NCBI GenBank assembly: GCA_964546765.1
Contig: CAZJKV010000002.1
Coordinates: 1,664 to 53,743, forward strand
Origin: an uncultured Chromatiales bacterium
GTDB taxonomy: Bacteria; Pseudomonadota; Gammaproteobacteria; SZUA-140
DNA: 52,080 bases
Direction: 5' to 3'
The position numbers were made by a program, and so were the translations under genes. The first letter of the stretch is position 1, and the number at the start of each line of letters is the position of its first letter. A model generated the notes under the pieces. That model was not told the DNA's origin. It did no database searches and worked only from the letters and a program-made list of their open reading frames with translations. This document shows, piece by piece, positions 49,171 through 52,080 of this stretch.

Positions 49171-52080
49171 ATGAACGACATCAGCGGCACGAACCACTGG
49201 CGAGGCCAGGGGCAGGGTTTGTACGATCCGGCGCATGAGCATGACGCCTGCGGCGTCGGCTTTATTGCGAATATCAAGGGTCGCAAGAGCCACGCTGTGA
49301 TACGTCAGGGCCTGAAGATCCTCGAGAATCTGACGCACCGCGGTGCCGTCGGCGCAGATCCGCTTGCCGGCGACGGCGCCGGCATCCTGCTGCAGGTCCC
49401 CGACCGGTTCCTGCGCGAGGAGTGCGCGCGGTCCGGCATCGAACTTCCGCCGCCGGGCGACTACGGCGTCGGCATGGTCTTTCTGCCGTCCGACGCGGTT
49501 ACCCGCGCGAACTGCGAATCGCTGATCGAACAGATGATCCTGGAAGAAGGTCAACGCCTGCTCGGATGGCGCGATGTGCCGACCCGTAACGGCTGCCTCG
49601 GCGAGAGCGTCAGGGCCGTCGAGCCGGTGATCCGCCAGGTCTTCGTTGCCAGCGGCGCAGCGGATGCCGGAAAATTCGAGCGTAAGCTGTTCGTGATCCG
49701 CAAGATCGTCGAGAACGCAGTTCGGGTCTCCGGCTGGAGCGGGTGCGAGCGGTTCTACCTCCCGTCGCTGTCGTGCCGCACGCTGGTATACAAGGGCATG
49801 TTGCTCGCCGACCAGGTCGATGCATTTTATCCGGACCTCAACGACGAGCGCATGGTGTCGGCGCTCGCGCTGGTGCACCAGCGTTTCTCGACCAACACGT
49901 TTCCGTCCTGGGACCTCGCGCAGCCTTTTCGCATGATCGCCCACAACGGCGAGATCAACACGCTGCGCGGCAACATCAACTGGATGGCCGCGCGCCGACA
50001 TTCGATGTCATCGCAGCTGCTCGGGGACGATCTCGAGAAGCTGTGGCCGTTGATCGCCGAGGGCCAGTCGGACTCGGCCTGCTTCGACAACGCGCTCGAA
50101 CTGCTGGTCGCCGGCGGTTATTCGCTGGCCCATGCGATGATGATCCTGATACCGGAGGCATGGGCCGGCAATCCGCTGATGGACGCGCAACGCCGGGCCT
50201 TTTATGAGTATCACGCCGCGCTGATGGAGCCGTGGGACGGACCCGCTGCGATGGCCTTCACCGACGGCATACAGATCGGCGCGACACTTGACCGTAACGG
50301 CCTGCGCCCGGCGCGCTATCTGATCACCGACGACGACATGGTCGTGATGGCGTCGGAGATGGGCGTACTCGATATCCCCGAGGACAGCATCGTCAGGAAG
50401 TGGCGTCTGCAGCCGGGCAAGATGTTCCTCATCGATACCGCCGAAGGACGCATCATCGACGACGCCGAACTCAAGGAGACACTGGCTGCGGCATATCCGT
50501 ACCAGCAGTGGCTCGACCGTACCCAGATCCTGCTCAATACCCTGCCGGGCAGCGCGACGGCGACCGGCGCCGCGACGGAGGCCCTGCTCGATCGCCAGCA
50601 GTCCTTCGGCTATACCCAGGAGGATACCCGCCTGCTGATGGCGCCGATGGCGGCAACCGGACAGGAAGCGGTCGGTTCCATGGGCGCCGACAATCCGATC
50701 GCCGTGCTGTCGAACCGGCCCAAGCAGCTGTACAACTATTTCAAGCAGAACTTCGCCCAGGTCACGAACCCGCCGATAGATCCGATCCGCGAGGAGCTCG
50801 TGATGTCGCTGGTCTCGCTGATCGGCCCGCGGCCCAACCTGCTCGACATGGACAACGCCGGTACCCACATGCGCCTTGAGGTCGAGCAGCCGGTGCTGAC
50901 AAACGAGGACATTGAACGCATCCGCGGCATTCACTCGTACACCGACGGTGCATTCCGCACCCGTACCGTCGATATCTGTTACGCGGCGGAGCGCGGCGCA
51001 GCAGGCATGGAGGCGGCCCTGGAGATGCTGTGCCGCGAGGCAGAGCAGGCAGTCGGCGAGGGCTACAATATCCTGATCCTTTCGGACCGCGGCGTGAGCC
51101 GCGAGCGCATCGCGATCCCCGCCCTGCTCGCGACCTCGGCCGTGCATCATCACCTGGTCAATGCGGGCCTGCGCACCGAGTGCGGCCTGGTCATCGAGAC
51201 CGGCTCGGCACGCGAGGTCCATCACTTCGCGGTGCTCGCCGGCTACGGCGCCGAGGCCGTGAACCCCTGGCTCGCCTTCGAGACACTGACTGCGCTGTGC
51301 CGCGAGTTCCCGGGTGACATCGACGCCGCAGAGGCCGAGAAGCGCTATATCAAGGCGATCGGCAAGGGGCTACTCAAGGTCATGTCGAAGATGGGCATCT
51401 CGACCTACCAGTCCTACTGCGGCGCGCAGATCTTCGACGCGGTCGGTCTGTCGAGCCGCTTCGTCGCGAAATATTTCTCCGGGACCGCGTCGATGGTCGA
51501 GGGCATCGGCCTGCAGGAGGTCGCCGAGGAAAGCGTGCGCTGGCACCGCGACGCCTGGGGCGACGCGCCGATCTATCGCAACGCGCTCGATGTCGGGGGC
51601 GATTACATGTACCGCATTCGCGGCGAGCACCACGCCTGGACGCCTGACACGATCGCGAAGCTGCAGCACGCGACGCGCGCGAACAGCTGGCAGACCTACG
51701 AGGAATACTCCGAGGCGATCAACAGACAGGACGAACAGCTTCTGACGCTGCGCGGCCTGTTCGACTTCCGCTTCGCCGACCAGGAAATTCCGCTCGACGA
51801 GGTCGAGCCGGCGTCCGCGATCGTCAGGCGTTTCGCCACCGGTGCGATGTCTTTCGGCTCGATATCGCGCGAGGCGCACACGACGCTTGCGATCGCAATG
51901 AATCGCCTCGGCGGCAAGTCGAACACCGGCGAGGGCGGCGAGGAGGTCGACCGCTTCAAGCCGCTTCCGAACGGCGACTCGATGCGCTCGGCGATCAAGC
52001 AGGTCGCGTCGGGACGCTTCGGCGTCACGACCGAGTACCTGGTCAACGCCGACGACATCCAGATCAAGATGGCACAGGGC
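49171..52080 (+). CDS. gltB: Glutamate synthase large subunit, N-terminal 970 codons (3' end outside the window)
   Basis: I translated this by hand; it is not in the ORF track because it has no stop in the window. MNDISGTNHWRGQGQGLYDPAHEHDACGVGFIANIKGRKSH...LENLTHRGAVGADPLAGDGAGILLQ is the Ntn-amidotransferase N-terminus. The frame is open to 52080. Confidence 0.95.
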   Translation, partial: MNDISGTNHWRGQGQGLYDPAHEHDACGVGFIANIKGRKSHAVIRQGLKILENLTHRGAVGADPLAGDGAGILLQVPDRFLREECARSGIELPPPGDYGVGMVFLPSDAVTRANCESLIEQMILEEGQRLLGWRDVPTRNGCLGESVRAVEPVIRQVFVASGAADAGKFERKLFVIRKIVENAVRVSGWSGCERFYLPSLSCRTLVYKGMLLADQVDAFYPDLNDERMVSALALVHQRFSTNTFPSWDLAQPFRMIAHNGEINTLRGNINWMAARRHSMSSQLLGDDLEKLWPLIAEGQSDSACFDNALELLVAGGYSLAHAMMILIPEAWAGNPLMDAQRRAFYEYHAALMEPWDGPAAMAFTDGIQIGATLDRNGLRPARYLITDDDMVVMASEMGVLDIPEDSIVRKWRLQPGKMFLIDTAEGRIIDDAELKETLAAAYPYQQWLDRTQILLNTLPGSATATGAATEALLDRQQSFGYTQEDTRLLMAPMAATGQEAVGSMGADNPIAVLSNRPKQLYNYFKQNFAQVTNPPIDPIREELVMSLVSLIGPRPNLLDMDNAGTHMRLEVEQPVLTNEDIERIRGIHSYTDGAFRTRTVDICYAAERGAAGMEAALEMLCREAEQAVGEGYNILILSDRGVSRERIAIPALLATSAVHHHLVNAGLRTECGLVIETGSAREVHHFAVLAGYGAEAVNPWLAFETLTALCREFPGDIDAAEAEKRYIKAIGKGLLKVMSKMGISTYQSYCGAQIFDAVGLSSRFVAKYFSGTASMVEGIGLQEVAEESVRWHRDAWGDAPIYRNALDVGGDYMYRIRGEHHAWTPDTIAKLQHATRANSWQTYEEYSEAINRQDEQLLTLRGLFDFRFADQEIPLDEVEPASAIVRRFATGAMSFGSISREAHTTLAIAMNRLGGKSNTGEGGEEVDRFKPLPNGDSMRSAIKQVASGRFGVTTEYLVNADDIQIKMAQG

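Noticed and set aside
48962-49174. 70-aa ORF in the gltB leader whose TGA overlaps the gltB ATG (ATGA)
   Set aside because: The overlap is tempting as a coupling uORF. However, the sequence is Arg/Gly/Ser/Thr-rich with no RBS or recognisable fold, and it starts inside the tandem repeats. I treat it as non-coding unless ribosome profiling says otherwise.

Overview
This is a 52-kb chromosomal window of a high-GC, gammaproteobacterium-like genome. A hand count of line 9001-9060 gives 39/60 G+C. The left end (1 to about 5500) is a lower-GC, IS3-scarred accessory segment, with hand counts of 25/60 at 601-660 and 23/60 at 3901-3960.

Gene content from left to right:
- IS3 transposase fragment, an rsgA-like GTPase, and an internally deleted IS3 remnant that keeps both inverted repeats.
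- BON-MscS channel, then DUF1971, VOC and a SAM methyltransferase.
- Cys-tailed SigZ/CorE-like ECF sigma factor plus arsM.
- A MarR, fructokinase, SPS(+SPP domain), sucrose synthase operon, followed by tRNA-Arg(CCG).
- Lipoprotein, GATase1, a DUF6164-like gene and a cupin.
- ADP-ribosylglycohydrolase coupled to a pyrimidine-dimer DNA glycosylase.
- ArsR (BigR/SqrR-like), split YeeE/YedE and SulP.
- A Cys-His-Asp hypothetical, an EEP nuclease/phosphatase and an acetolactate-synthase-like TPP enzyme.
- dsbA, engB, a candidate sRNA, polA, LOG, DUF2782, an orphan gspC and rpmE.
- Malic enzyme, mdh, gltA and mrcA.
- pilMNOPQ plus an extra Ig-like lipoprotein, then aroK and aroB.
- dGTPase, WGR plus an AAA/SPOR protein, and gltB (runs off the window end).

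I saw no rRNA, CRISPR array, prophage or recognisable defence system.

The strongest leads are:
1. An unannotated sigmaE/AlgU-type promoter plus intrinsic terminator. Together they define a roughly 130-nt candidate sRNA with CU-rich loops in the polA-engB spacer, the position of Spot 42/ErsA.
2. A 644-aa Ig-repeat lipoprotein inserted between pilQ and aroK.
3. A Cys-tailed ECF sigma paired with arsM, with no ArsR nearby.
4. A MarR-headed, translationally coupled sucrose operon.
5. A BigR/SqrR-like regulator with split YeeE and SulP.
6. A WGR mini-protein coupled to the AAA/SPOR protein.

All family assignments rest on motif recognition by eye; no searches were run.
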